Of a stretch of 64,000 bases of DNA, positions 11,678 through 23,986 are shown in pieces. Both the position numbers and the translations under genes were made by a program. The notes beneath the pieces are model-generated. The model was given only the letters and a program-made list of their open reading frames with translations, ran no database searches and was not told the origin of the DNA. Position 1 is the first letter of the stretch; every line of letters starts with the position of its first letter. Source of the stretch: Mobula hypostoma (Eukaryota); the NCBI RefSeq assembly GCF_963921235.1, contig NC_086098.1, positions 4,588,001 to 4,652,000 of the forward strand, given 5' to 3'.

Positions 11678-11839
11678 CTTTGTGGAGCACCTGTGATTAA
11701 GTCTGCAGGACTGTTCTGCACCTACCAGTACTATACGCCATCACTCTCCTACATGTGTCTGTAGCCTCAAGCAATGTCCAAAGCCAGCTCAGGAAAGCCA
11801 CCTCATCTTCCTGGTTGAAAATAGAATTCATTAACCGAG

Positions 11840-12071
11840 CAACACACATCAAAGTTGCTGGTGAACGCAGCAGGCCAGGCAGCATCTCTAGGAAGAGGTA
11901 CAGCCAACATTTCAGGCCGAGACACTTTGTCAGGACGTCCTGACAAAGGGTCTCGGCCTGAAACGTCGACTGTACCTCTTCCTAGAGATGCTGCCTGGCC
12001 TGCTGCGTTCACCAGCAACTTTGATGTGCGTTGCTTGAATTTCCAGCATCTGTGGAATTCCTGTTGTTTTT
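11840..12071. mobile_element. Foldback Penelope pLTR insert with two inverted hammerhead motifs
   Basis: Inverted arms 11838-11936 / 11937-12035 with no spacer (centre CAGGAC|GTCCTG); TSD ATTAACCGAG (11830-11839 / 12072-12081). Confidence 0.85.
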
Positions 12072-12599
12072 ATTAACCGAGAGCAAGTTGTTTTTACTGT
12101 CTCTTACAGAATTAGTCACTTTGTGCTGTAACCCAGCCACCTCTGATATTGGTTCAGTCGTCTCTCCTGTAGCCTGATCCGTCAGGGCAGAGCCCACAGA
12201 TCCTCTGTTTCAACACATTGACACAGGTTTGTCTCAACACTTAACATGCTTGACTGGATCCATTAAAAATCATTGCCACAGTGAGGGTGGCCTTGGTTTA
12301 GCAAGACTTTTCTTTCACTACATTCCTCCTGGTATGATGTGAAGCGCCTGCATGATGATTTTTGATATTTGCTATAGGCAATTAACTATATTTAAATCCT
12401 ACAACTACCACCAGTGGGATTTGAACTCTGGATTGCCAGTCCAGGGCACCGTGGCATGTCCCACAGATATGCTGTTAGAGCACATTAACACTGGGTTGAG
12501 TCTTTGTCTGCCTATTGACATATTCGCCTGGGCTCCCCTTACAATTCATTGCCATAGTAAAGCTGGTCTTGGCTAAATACTTCACATCTCTGCCCTTAT

Positions 12600-13370
12600 A
12601 TCCACTTCTTCCTCATTCAAATGCCTATCACCCCTCACCCTTCCTCCATCTCCCTATCCCTGCTCAGCCTCCATTTCCCTATCACACTTCCTCCACCTCC
12701 GTATCACCCCTCGCCCTTCCTCAATCTCCCTATCATCCCTCACACTTCCTCCGTCTCCCTATCACCCCCTTCACCCTCCCTCCACCTCCATATCATCCCA
12801 CACCCTCCCTCCATCTCCCTATCCCTGCTCAGCCCCAGTCTCCCTATCACCCTCACCCTCCCTCCATCTCCCTATCGCCCCTCACCTTCCCTCCATCTCC
12901 CTATCAGCTCTCCCTCATCCTCCACCTCCCTATCACCCCTCACCCTTCCTCCATTTCCCCATCACCCCTTACCCTTCCTCCATTTCCCCATCACCCCTCA
13001 CTCTCCCTTCATTTCCCCATTAGCCCTCACCCTCCCTCCACTTCACTATCATCTCTCACCCTCCCTCCATCTCCCTATCACCCCTCACTCATCCTCCAGC
13101 TCCCCATCACCCCTCACCCTCCATCTCCCTATCATCCTTCACCCATCCTTCATCTCCCTATCACCCCAAAGCCTTCCTCAATCTCCCTATCACCCCAAAG
13201 CCTTCCTCAATCTCCCTATCACCCCTCACATTTCCTCCAGCTCCCTGTTATCCCTCACCCTCCATCTCCATATCATCTCTCACCCTCCATCTCCATATCA
13301 CCCCTCACCCTCCCTCCATCTCCCTATCACCGTCCATCTCCCTGTCACCCCTTACCCTTCCTCTATCTAA
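12600..13370. repeat. Degenerate C/T-rich minisatellite (unit about CTCCATCTCCCTATCACCCCTCACCCTCC)
   Basis: Direct reading; the plus strand is almost free of G, which explains the Pro/Ser/His-rich ORFs. Confidence 0.9.
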
Positions 13371-13454
13371 ATTCCTCTACCATTGCTCATGGCTTTGAAA
13401 GTACTGAAAAAGAGAAATCATTTTTGGTAAGTTTCCATTGAAGACAAGAGTGGA

Positions 13455-14092
13455 AAAATAAGAGATAGGAGCAGAATTAGGCCATTCGACCCATTAAGTC
13501 TACTTCACAATTCCATCAAGGCTTACTTTACTTTACTTTATTGTCACCAAACAATTGATACTAGAGTGTACAATCATCACAGAGATATTTGATTCTGCGT
13601 TTCACGCACCCTGGAGTACAAATCGATAGTAAATATTAAAAATTTAAATTATAAATCATAAATAGAAAATAGAAAAGGGAAAGTAAGGTAGTGCAAAAAA
13701 AAACCAAGAGGCAGATCTGGATATTTGGAGGGTACGGCCCAGATCCGGGTCAGGTGATTAATTATCCCAATCCACCCCATTCTCCTGCCTTGTCCTGTAA
13801 CCTTTTGATGCCCTTACCAATCTAGAATGCATCAACATCCACCTTAAATATACTTGGCCTCCACTGTCATCTGTGGTAATGAATTCTACAGATTCACCAC
13901 CTTCTGACTGAGGAAATTCCTCTTCATCTCCATTCTAAATGGACATCCCTCTACTCTGACACTGCGTCCTCTCTTCCTAGACCCCCTGCCCCCCCACTAT
14001 AGGAAGCATCATCTCCACATCCATTCTATCTAGGCCTTTCAACATTTAATAGGTTTCATTGAGATCACCCCCCTCATTCTTTTAAACTCCAA
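13455..14092 (-). mobile_element. CR1 3' end containing a Rex1-like tail insertion (13524-13752)
   Basis: GGAGCAGAATTAGGCCATTCG tail motif; the insert is near-identical to 8578-8800. Confidence 0.8.
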
Positions 14093-14529
14093 ATATATGT
14101 GCCAGAATGTAGGCATTTAATAATGGATAACCTTTGTTTGTATCATGAAAGGTCTAACGATGGGCATTAGCAGATTCCACGGTCTCCTAGGAGACGCATA
14201 ATGAAGTAATTGAAGAGCACAAAATAATCAGACAGCAGATGTATTCATCTCACTTTCTTTTGATCCACATGCATTATGTGATAAGATTAATATTTGTGAT
14301 ATTATGACATTTGCTGTCATTATAAACAGGTTGATAAATCTTTTGTGAAGTTTCCCAACAGACTCAAAGTGATCATTTTCGTTTTATATGCTTTTTCTGC
14401 TTGGTCTGGAGTCATGTAATTGCTCGTTAAACTGCACTGTTTGCAATCGTTAGTATTGGAATCGGGTTTATTACCACTGACATTATCATTGGACACTTTG
14501 TTCGGTGCCTCCAGTCCTCCTGTATCTAA

Positions 14530-14650
14530 GAAAATGGCCACGGAGTGTAGCCCATCCCCTCAAGGTTCGACGTGTTGTGCATTCAGAGAAACTCTTCTGC
14601 ACACCCCTGTTGGAATGTGTAGTTGTCTGAGTTACCTTAGCCTTCCTTTG
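14530..14650. mobile_element. Tc1-like MITE remnant
   Basis: TGGCCACGGAGTGTA terminus and internal sequence shared with 51480-51830. Confidence 0.5.
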
Positions 14651-14830
14651 GGTGGCTGGGTGCGAATACGTCTTAACAAAGGAGGTGTAAGGCGCTCCTT
14701 CCCTCTGCTAGTCTGCAGGTCACCGTGGCGAGGTCTAACACCTGCATAGCCCCTGACCAGGGGCACATGAAGCCATGGGAACGGGGTGGATGGTCATGAG
14801 AGCATACAACATGGCACATAACGAACGAAG
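14650..14830 (+). mobile_element. RTE-related SINE-like element (internally deleted)
   Basis: AAAGGAGGTGTAAGGCGCTCCTTCCCTC..CTGCAGGTCACC shared with 18408-18670 and 25290-25625. Confidence 0.65.
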
Positions 14831-15194
14831 GAACATGTGCTTTAGAAATGGTTTGCTTTTGAAAAATGGTTCGAATGGTAGGCATTGGCAGCCAACCTCA
14901 CCATGGAGACTCAATAGGGAAGTAAACTACTCCGCGAACATTGGGTATTACAGTATAATCTCCCTTTAGTGAGAGTACTTGTGGCTATTTATGCCCAATA
15001 GGTCTTAATGCCTTTGTTTGAATTTAGAACTTTATGGTTCATAAACTCAATATCATCACACCATTGGTGAACCCGCTATTAACGGGAAATCGCTTGAATG
15101 AAGAGAACTGTGCTGTAAACAGAGACCGCGGGGCAGGGTGGGGTGGGGGGGGTGGGGTTCGAAGCTTCCGTCACATGTAACAAAAGTGATGTCA

Positions 15195-17345
15195 GACCCT
15201 AAGACAATAAGATCAAGGAGCACAATTAGGCCATTTGGCCCATTGAGTTTGCTCTACCATTTCATCATGGCTGATCCAATTTTCCTCTCAGTTCAAATCT
15301 CCTGCCTTCTCTCCACATCCCTTCATGCCCTAACCAATCAAGAACCTGTCAACCTATGCCTTAAATATACTTTAAAACTTCGCATCCATAGCTGCCTGTG
15401 ACAATGAATTCCACACATGCCCTCTGGCTAAAGACATTCCTCTTCATCTCTGTTCTAAAAGGACACCCCTCTGTTCTGAGGCTGTGTCCCCTGGTCTTAG
15501 ACGTCCCACTGTAAGAAATATTCTCTCCACCTTCACCATTCAATAGGTTTCAATTAGGTCATCCTCCATTCTTCTAAGTTTCAGAGATCACAGGCCCAGA
15601 GCCATCAAGTGTTCTTCATATGACAAGCCATTTAATCCTGAGATCATTTTCGTGAACCTCCTTTGAACCCTCTCCAGTTTCAGCACATCCTTTGTAAGAT
15701 AAAGGGCCTAAAATTGCACGCAATACTTCAAGTGAGGCCTCACCAGTGCTTTATAAAGTTTCAGCATTACATCCGTGTTTCTTGTCCTCTTGAAATGAAT
15801 GCTCACATCACATCACATGGCCTTCCTCACCACAGACGTGAGGCTGCTTGTTAATCTTTAGGGAATCCTGGACAAGGACTCTCTGGTCCCTTTGCATCTC
15901 ATTTTTTTGTATTTTCTCTCCATTTAGAAAATAGTCAACCCTTTTATTTCTTCTACCAAGGTACATGACCATATACTTCCCAACACTATATTCTATTTGC
16001 CACTTCTCCTAATCTGTCTATGTCCTTCTGTAGTCTCTTTACTTCCCCAAAACTACCTGCCCCTCCACCTATCATCATATCGTTTGCAAACTTTGTAACA
16101 AAACCATTAATTCTCTTTAGAGCACTTAAAGATAGTGGAATCAAAGGTTGTGGGGATAAGGCAGGAACTGGATACTGATAGTGGATGATCAGCCATGATC
16201 ACAGTGAATGGTGGTGCTGGCTCAAAGGGCCGAATGGCCTACTCCTGCACCTATTGTCTATTGTCTATTGTCTATTGTCTATTCCATCATCCAATCATTG
16301 GCATATGACATAAAAAGAACTGGTCCCAACACAGAACCCTATAGAACACCACTAGTCACCAGCAGTCAGTCAGAAAAGGCTCCATTTATTCCCACCCCTT
16401 GCCTCCAGCCAATCAGCCTCTGCTTTATCCATGGTAGAATCTTTCCTGTAATAGCATGGTCTCGTAACTTGCTAAGCATCTTCATGCGTGGACCATAAGA
16501 CATAGAAGCAGAATTAGGCTATTCTGTCCAATGAGTCTGTTCTGTTATTCCATCGTGGCCAACTTATTGTCTATCTCATCTGCCTCTTACCTGCCTTCTC
16601 CTCATAATCTTTGAAGCCCTTATTAATCAAGAAGCTATCAACCTCTGCTTTAAATATGCCCAGTAACTTGGCCTCCACAGACAGCTGTGGCCATGAATTT
16701 CCAGATTCACCACCCCCAACTGAAGAAATTCCTCCTCATCTCTCTTCTTCTATTCTGAGGCTGTGTCCTGTGGTCCTTGATTTTCCCATGATTGGAAACA
16801 TCATCTTCACATCCACTCTATGGAGGACTTTCAATATTCGGTAGGTTTCAATGAAATTTCCCCCCTCATTCCTCCAGCAAAAATGAGCCAGGAGCCATCA
16901 AATGCTTCTCATGCATAAACTATTTAATTCCTGTGATCAGTCTTGAGAACCTCCTCTTGTGGACTCTCTCCAAAGCCAGTACAATCTTTGTTAGATAATC
17001 TGACCAATGATTTATAAAGCCTCAGCATTACATCCTTGCTTTTATATTCTGGTCCTCTTGAAATGAATATTAACATTGTATTTGCCAGCCATAAAACTCA
17101 ACCTGCAAGTTAACCTTTAGGGAATTCTGCACGAGGACTCCCAAGTCCCATTGCACCTCTGATTTCTGAATCCGCTCTCCATTCAGAAAATAGCCCACAC
17201 CTTTATTCCTGCTGCCAAAGTACATGAACATACACATCCCAAGACGGTATTCCATCTGCGAAGCTTTTAATACTTTCATTCTCAGGGTCATTCTTGTGAA
17301 TCTCCACTGGACCATCTCTAATGCCAGAACATCGTTTCTTAGCTA
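15195..17345 (-). mobile_element. Cluster of decayed CR1 3' halves (a plus-strand CR1 tail is inserted at about 16115-16280)
   Basis: Minus-strand peptides TRGHSL..FSQR and VQWDLGVLV; several CR1 tail motifs. Confidence 0.8.
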
Positions 17346-17349
17346 TGAC

Positions 17350-18017
17350 TAGATTAGATTATAGGGACACTCAGTCCTCGTTTATTGTCATTTAGAAATA
17401 CATGCATTAAGAAATGATACAGTGTTCCTCCAGAGTGATACCACAAAAAAAGGACAAACCAAAGACTAACACTGACAAAACCACATAATTATAACACATA
17501 GTTACAGCAGTGCAAAACAATACCATAATTTGATAAAGAGCAGACCATGGGCACGGTAAAAAAATGTCTCAAAGTTCTGATCGACTCCCGATAACCCCGA
17601 TAGCAGGTGGCAAATGGAGAAACTCTCCCTGCCATAAACCTCCAGGCGCTGACAACTTGCCGATGCATTGGAAGCACCCGACCACAGCTGACTCTGAGTC
17701 CATCCGAAAACTTTAAGCCTCCAACCAGCCCCTCCGATACAGCCTTCCGAGCACCATCCTCTGCCGAGCGTTTCGAACACGCCCCTGCCACTGAGCAACA
17801 AGCGAAGCTGAGGGCTCAGGGCCTTCTCCTCTGGAGATTCTGGATCACACAGCGGCAGCGAGGCAGGCATTTCAGAAGTTTCTCCAGATGTTCCTCTGTG
17901 CTCTCACGTCTGTCTCCATCAAATCAGGATTGTGCACGGCACCCTTCTTGGCAGATAACAGCTATCATTCACCGGAGTGGCTGCTGTGAGCCGCGTCGCG
18001 CCGCCATCTTCTCCTCC
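17350..18017 (-). mobile_element. Non-autonomous LINE-tail element with a GC-rich head, inserted in CR1
   Basis: (TAGAT)n tail and AATAAA on the minus strand, GGAGGAGAAGATGGCGGCG head; host CR1 CTTAG..TGGGGCCAAAA is split around it. Confidence 0.6.
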
Positions 18018-18407
18018 TGGGGCCAAAAATGTAGTGTCTGGGTAGGTTGTCCATGTGTGACGCAGTTAGTGCCTGTATCCAGCAACTGGTCATCTGCCCC
18101 TACATGGCCACTACCAGCCCTCTCGGAGAACCTGAGCTGGACTGCTGTGGCACGGTTCTTCATGCTGCCGGAGTGCTGGTGGAAAGCCCGATTTCTGCCT
18201 GCTCTCGGCACTTCAGCGGGTAGGGCAGGGTTTCACAGCAGCTTCCCAGAGTCACTCTAAGTATTATGATTCAATTAGCACTGGTTCCATTAGCAGTCTT
18301 GTTCCTGTGAATGCATCCCAAGTGCTAAGTGAAATATCAGCGTGAGTGAAATAGGTGAATAAAAACATAGTATGGTTTGATATTTACAGGTTTGGATTGA
18401 GCTCACT

Positions 18408-18670
18408 AGGTGGTGGGATGGAGATGTGACTCTACCAAAGGAGGTGTAAGGTGCTCCTTCCCTCCGCTAGCCTGCAGGTCAGCCTTGGGCAAGGTGTCGC
18501 ATCTGCTCAGCCACATGAATCCATGGGAGCAGGTGGTGGATGGTCATACGAGTGGCTGGTGAATATCACAAGTCCTGCTTATGTGACCACTGACACCAGG
18601 CAGACAATCGCTGAAAAGTATTGATCATGGCTGAGGTGACCCATCCTGTAAAGACACCGTCCAGAAGGAG
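18408..18670 (+). mobile_element. RTE-related SINE-like element
   Basis: Collinear with 25290-25520. Confidence 0.65.
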
Positions 18671-19284
18671 CAGCTCACACCTCCGTTGCTAGAGACGTAC
18701 CTCACCTTGTCGCCCGAATAAACCGACACCAACACCAAAATTCAGCAGACAAAAGTAACTTTAGACACAGAGGTGGTAGCTTGAATTTGTTCTGAGGCAT
18801 TTGAAAATTATTTTTATTTCTGGTCCCTCGCTATGTTGGAATAATGATGAAAGTGGACAGGTGTCGGAGATCTTCAGTATGTTGTTGAAGGTTAGAGCAT
18901 TTAAAATCTCCTGAACATCGGCTATACCCATGAGATGGTATCTACCGTACTCCTCACAAATGCAGACTGACGTCCAGGATCATACAGTTCTCACCTGCTG
19001 ACGTACACCCTCTTCTCCCGGAGTGATTAATAACTTTTGATGGCTTCACTTCCTATCTATTTTCTGAAAAGAGTTGGGTGTGGATGTCTGGTGTTCACCC
19101 AGCTTGCATCAGCTGTTGGTAAATGCGGGCTGACGATAATAGAATAGATATGATATTGCTCTATAATTATTGATGTGTGAATCAGTCATTAAAATGAATT
19201 ACTCAGGTGAATACATAATAAATAAAAATACTGTACGTTGTGGGTTACACTTCTCCTGGTTGTGCACTCTGAACATGCCTTCTC

Positions 19285-19760
19285 AGTAGTGTGATCGCTC
19301 CAATCGAGTACGATATTCTCCTAAGGGGTTGTCTTTTGGTGGGTCCTCAGGTGCCTGTAGATGCTGAAAGGCTGATCTGGGATCCACACGTTCTGGTGCA
19401 GTGTGGGCAGCTGTGGTTCGTGGTCGGGTCTTTTGGTTGTTCAGTCCCTCCTTTGTCAGCTGCTGCTGGTTCTCTGCGGCACAGCAGATGTCGTTTTCGT
19501 GCAGAGCAGCTCCCTCCAGTACAGATCTCCTTCAGGCGCATCTATTGAGTACAATGTCTTCCCGGGTGTTAGCTGGAACATTGAATTTCTTCAGGCTGAT
19601 TTTGATGTTATCGTTGAAGTGTTTCCTTTGCCCACCAGGGGCTCGTGGTCCTTCCTTCAACTGGGAGTGAAGGATCTGTTTGGGGAGACACGAGGTACAC
19701 ACCCAGACGACATGACCCATCCACTGGAGTTGGTGTTACTCTACTGTGGATGATCTTCTG
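19285..19760 (-). mobile_element. RTE/BovB-type LINE 3' end
   Basis: Peptides GHV...LPKQILHSQLKEG.R.PGGQRK and a C-terminal zinc finger CPHCTRTCGSQISL. Confidence 0.8.
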
Positions 19761-19794
19761 AGTATAAGAATAACACACATTAGTGGGAAGGAGT

Positions 19795-20703
19795 TCAAAA
19801 GTCAAGTCAAGTAAAGTTTATTGTCATTTAACTATATACATTTATATAAGATATATATATATATAAAACCATATAATGTGTATAGAAATCAGGCAATGTT
19901 TCTTTGAACCAGGATGTAAAGCACAGTAGTACACAATGCACAGGAAGAGAAGGATAACATCTACAGGTGAATCACACATAAATAACAAACTAAAATGCAT
20001 TAATGTTAAATATTGTAAGATACAGAATGGATTAACCAGTGACACTTTGATTTCGATGCGGCTGGGATTTCGGAAACCTAATGGTCTGAGGGAAGAAACT
20101 GTTTCTCATCCTGACCGTTCTTGCATCAGAGTCTCCTGCCTGATGGTAGGAAGTCAAAGACAATCCTGGATGGATGGGTGGGATCCTTAATAATACTAAG
20201 GGCCCTGCATATGCAGCGCTCCTGATAAATGTCCGTGATGGATGGTATGGAGACCCCTATGATCCTCTCAGTTGTTCTCACAGTCCTTTGTAGGGACTTC
20301 TGGTCCAATGCTCCACTGCTCCTACTCCAGATGGAGATGCAACTTGTCAGGACGCTGTCAGTGCTGCTACAGTAAAATGCAGTTAAGATGTTGGATGAGG
20401 GTGTGGAAGCTTTGCTTGCCTCAGTCTTAGGAAGTGCCTTCTTGTTCAGGGAGGCGATATGAGGTTATCTGAGATGGAGGAGCCATGTGTTTGCAGAGGG
20501 GGTAATGGTTTGTCTGCGCCCTCCTGAAGTCCACAGTGATTTCCTCTGTCTTCTCCATTGTTCAGGCTTGGGTTGTTCTTCTCACACCAATCCACCAGCC
20601 ACTCCACTTCCTCTCCATACTTTACCTCATCGTCGTTCTTGATAAGGTCAGCCACTGTTGTATCATCTGCAAACTAGATGACACAGTTTGAGCTGAATCC
20701 TGT
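19795..20703 (-). mobile_element. Rex1/Babar-like LINE, decayed 3' half
   Basis: FADDT remnant near 20660; ORF 20126-20308 (IIKDPTHP..LPSGRR); (GACTT)n tail. Confidence 0.8.
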
Positions 20704-20708
20704 GACAT

Positions 20709-20992
20709 GTATTATTATATCTGCACAGTTATTATGGATTGTCCTGTCTGTAATCACTGACTCAAAAACTGGATTGTATTTATAGTAAGGTGTGATTTCA
20801 TTTATGAGATTGTATTTTAAAGCAGGATTCTGGTGAATGATGTTTGCCATTTGATCGTGCCTCTGTAAGTAATCAGATTGAGTTAAACTTTTGTAGGATC
20901 CTATAATGTGTTGGATTGTTTCTGGTTTTCTCAGCATTTTCTACATTTATCATCTCAAATTTGTTCATCTCTTATTGTGTATTTTTTATTAA
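20709..20992 (-). mobile_element. R4/Dong-like (restriction-like endonuclease) non-LTR fragment
   Basis: Minus strand reads DDKCRKC*E.PETIQHIIGS..YLQRHDQMANIIHQ..TDRTIHNNCADII: CCHC knuckle remnant, RH motif and PD-type motif remnant. Confidence 0.75.
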
Positions 20993-21411
20993 TATCATCA
21001 ATTTTTTCTTCTATGTTTGCACAGTTTGTCATCTCTTGCACACTGGTTAAACACTTGTTCATTGATTCTATTATGAAATTATTGCGAATGCCTGCAAGAA
21101 AATAAATCTCAGCATTATATATTATGTATGTACCTTGAATTTACTTTGAACTTTGAATTTCATCGCCTGTCAGTCACCTATTTACAGCTTAGCTTCACTT
21201 TCTGGACATAAAATCCATCAATTTATATAAGTTATCTGATGTATTTATAGTTATTGTGTTCTTTATCTTATTGTATATTTTGTGATCCATTGGACCCAGA
21301 GTAGCAATTATTTCATTCTCCTTTAGACTTGTGTACAGGAAATGGCACTAAGTGATCTTGAATCTTGAACTGAATTGCTGCCACATGATTGACTGATTAG
21401 ATATTTTCATT

Positions 21412-23986
21412 ATAGAAACATAGAAACATAGAAAATAGGTGCAGGAGTAGGCCATTCGGCCCTTCGAGCCTGCACTGCCATTTATTATGATCATGGCTGA
21501 TCATCCAACTCAGAACCCTGCACCAGCCTTCCCTCCATACCCCCTGACCCCCATAGCCACAAGGGCCATATCTAACTCCCTCTTAAATATAGCCAATGAA
21601 CTGGCCTCAACTGTTTCCTGTGGCAGAGAATTCCACAGATTCACCACTCTCTGTCTGAAGAAGTTTTTCCTAATTTCGGTCCTAAAAGCCTTCCCCTTAA
21701 TCCTCAAACTGTGACCCCTCGTTCTGGACTTCCTCAACATCGGGAACAATCTTCCTGCATCTATCCTGTCCAATCCCTTTAGGATTTTATACTTGTCAAT
21801 CAGATCCCCCCTCAATCTTCTAAATTCCAACGAGTACAAGCCCAGTTCATCCAGTCTTTCTTCATATGAAAGTACTGCCATCCCAGGATTCAATCTGGTG
21901 AACCTTCTTTGTACTCCCTCTATGGCAAGGATGTCTTTCCTCAGATTAGGGGACCAAAACTGCACACAATACTCCAGGTGTGGTCTCACCAAGGCCTTGT
22001 ACAACTGCAGTAGTACCTCCCTGCTTCTGTACTCGAATTCTCTCGCTATAAATGCCAGCATACCATTCGCCTTTTTCACCGCCTGCTGTACCTGCATGCC
22101 CACTTTCAATGACTGGTGTATAATGACACCCAGGTCTCGTTGCACCTCCCCTTTTCCTAATCGGCCACCATTCAGAAAATAATCTGTTTTCCTATTTTTG
22201 CCACCAAAGTGGATAACTTCACATTTATCCACATTAAATTGCATCTGCCATGAATTTGCCCACTCACCCAACCTATCCAAGTCACCCTGCATCCTCTTAG
22301 CATCCTCCTCACAGCTAACACTGCCGCCCAGCTTCGTGTCATCCGCAAACTTGGAGATGCTGCATTTAATTCCCTCATCTAAGTCATTAATATATATTGT
22401 AAACAACTGGGGTCCCAGCACTGAGCCTTGCGGTACCCCACTAGTCACTGCCTGCCATTCTGAAAAGGTCCTGTTTATTCCCACTCTTTGCTTCCTGTCT
22501 GCTAACCAATTCTCTATCCACATCAATACCTTACCCCCAATACCGTGTGCTTTAAGTTTGCACACTAATCTCCTGTGTGGGACCTTGTCAAAAGCCTTTT
22601 GAAAATCCAAATATACCACATCCACTGGTTCTCCCCTATCCACTCTACTAGTTACATCCTCAAAAAATTCTATGAGATTTGTCAGACATGATTTTCCTTG
22701 CACAAATCCATGCTGACTTTGTCTGATGATTTCACCGCTTTCCAAATGTGCTGTTATCACATCTTTGATGACTGACTCCAGCAGTTTCCCCACCACCGAC
22801 GTTAGGCTAACTGGTCTATAATTCCCCGGTTTCTCTCTCCCTCCTCTTTTAAAAAGTGGGGTTACATTAGCCACCCTCCAATCCTCAGGAACTAGTCCAG
22901 AATCTAACCAGTTTTGAAAAATTATCACTAATGCATCCACTATTTCTTGGGCTATTTCCTTAAGCACTCTGGGATGCAAACCATCTGGCCCTGGGGATTT
23001 ATCTGCCTTTAATCCCTTCAATTTACCCAACACCACTTCCCTACTAACATGTATTTCGCTCAGTTCCTCCATCTCACTGGACCCTCTGTCCCCTACTATC
23101 TCTGGAAGATTATTTATGTCCTCCTTAGTGAAGACAGAACCAAAGTAATTATTCAATTGGTCTGCCATGTCTTTGCTCCCCATAATCAATTCACCTGTTT
23201 CTGTCTGTAGGGGACCTACATTTGTCTTTACCAGTCTTTTCCTTTTTACATATCTATAAAAGCTTTTACAGTCAGTTTTTATGTTCCCTGCCAGTTTTCT
23301 CTCATAATCTTTTTTCCCCTTCCTAATTAAGCCCTTTGTCCTCCTCTGCTGAACTCTGAATTTCTCCCAGTCCTCAGGTGATCCACTTTTTCTGGCTAAT
23401 TTGTATGCTTCTTCTTTGGAATTGATACTATCCCTAATTTCTCTTGTCAGCCACGGGTGCACTACCTTCCTTGATTTATTCTGTTGCCAAACTGGGACGA
23501 ACAATTGTTGTAGTTCATCCATGCAATCCTTAAATGCTTGCCATTGCATATTCACCGTCAATCCTTTAAGTGTCATTTGCCAGTCTATCTTAGCTAATTC
23601 ACGTCTCATACCTTCAAAGTTACCCCTCTTTAAGTTCAGAACCTTTGTTTCTGAATTAACTATGTCACTCTCCATCTTAATGAAGAATTCCACCATATTA
23701 TGGTCACTTTTACCCAAGGGGCCTCTCACGACAAGATTGCTAATTAACCCTTCCTCATTGCTCAAAACCCAGTCCAGAATAGCCTGCTCTCTAGTTGGTT
23801 CCTCGACATGTTGGTTCAAAAAACTATCCCTCATACATTCCAAGAAATCCTCTTCCTCAGCACCTTTACCAATTTGGTTCACCCAATCTACATGTAGATT
23901 GAAGTTACCCATTATAACTGCTGTTCCTTTATTGCACACATTTCTAATTTCCTGTTTAATACCATCTCCGACCTCACTACTACTGT
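21412..23986 (-). mobile_element. Young CR1 LINE, 5'-truncated within the endonuclease domain
   Basis: (TTTCTATG)n tail, no stops or frameshifts in ORF2; splits a Tc1-like terminus (CTGCCACATGATTG...|...ATAAAGTAGCCAC). Confidence 0.95.
21510..23986 (-). CDS. CR1 ORF2: C-terminal APE endonuclease plus complete reverse transcriptase
   Basis: MGNFN, SDH, KSPGPDG, NYRPVSLTS, QHGF, YLDFQKAFDKV, GVPQGSVLGP, KFADD. The first ~38 aa of the ORF-track entry are flanking read-through. Confidence 0.95.

Noticed and set aside
12515..13441. Extensin-like Pro/Ser/His-rich ORFs
   Set aside because: A G-poor low-complexity tract rarely forms stop codons; two overlapping frames are open.
17607..18260. 217-aa GC-rich ORF
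   Set aside because: It lies antisense across a repeat element and its junction, with no recognisable domain.
18420..18515. HDV-like ribozyme in the RTE-related SINE
   Set aside because: A GGGC-hairpin-GCTCAG segment is suggestive, but I could not place P1, P3 and L3 in the required order.
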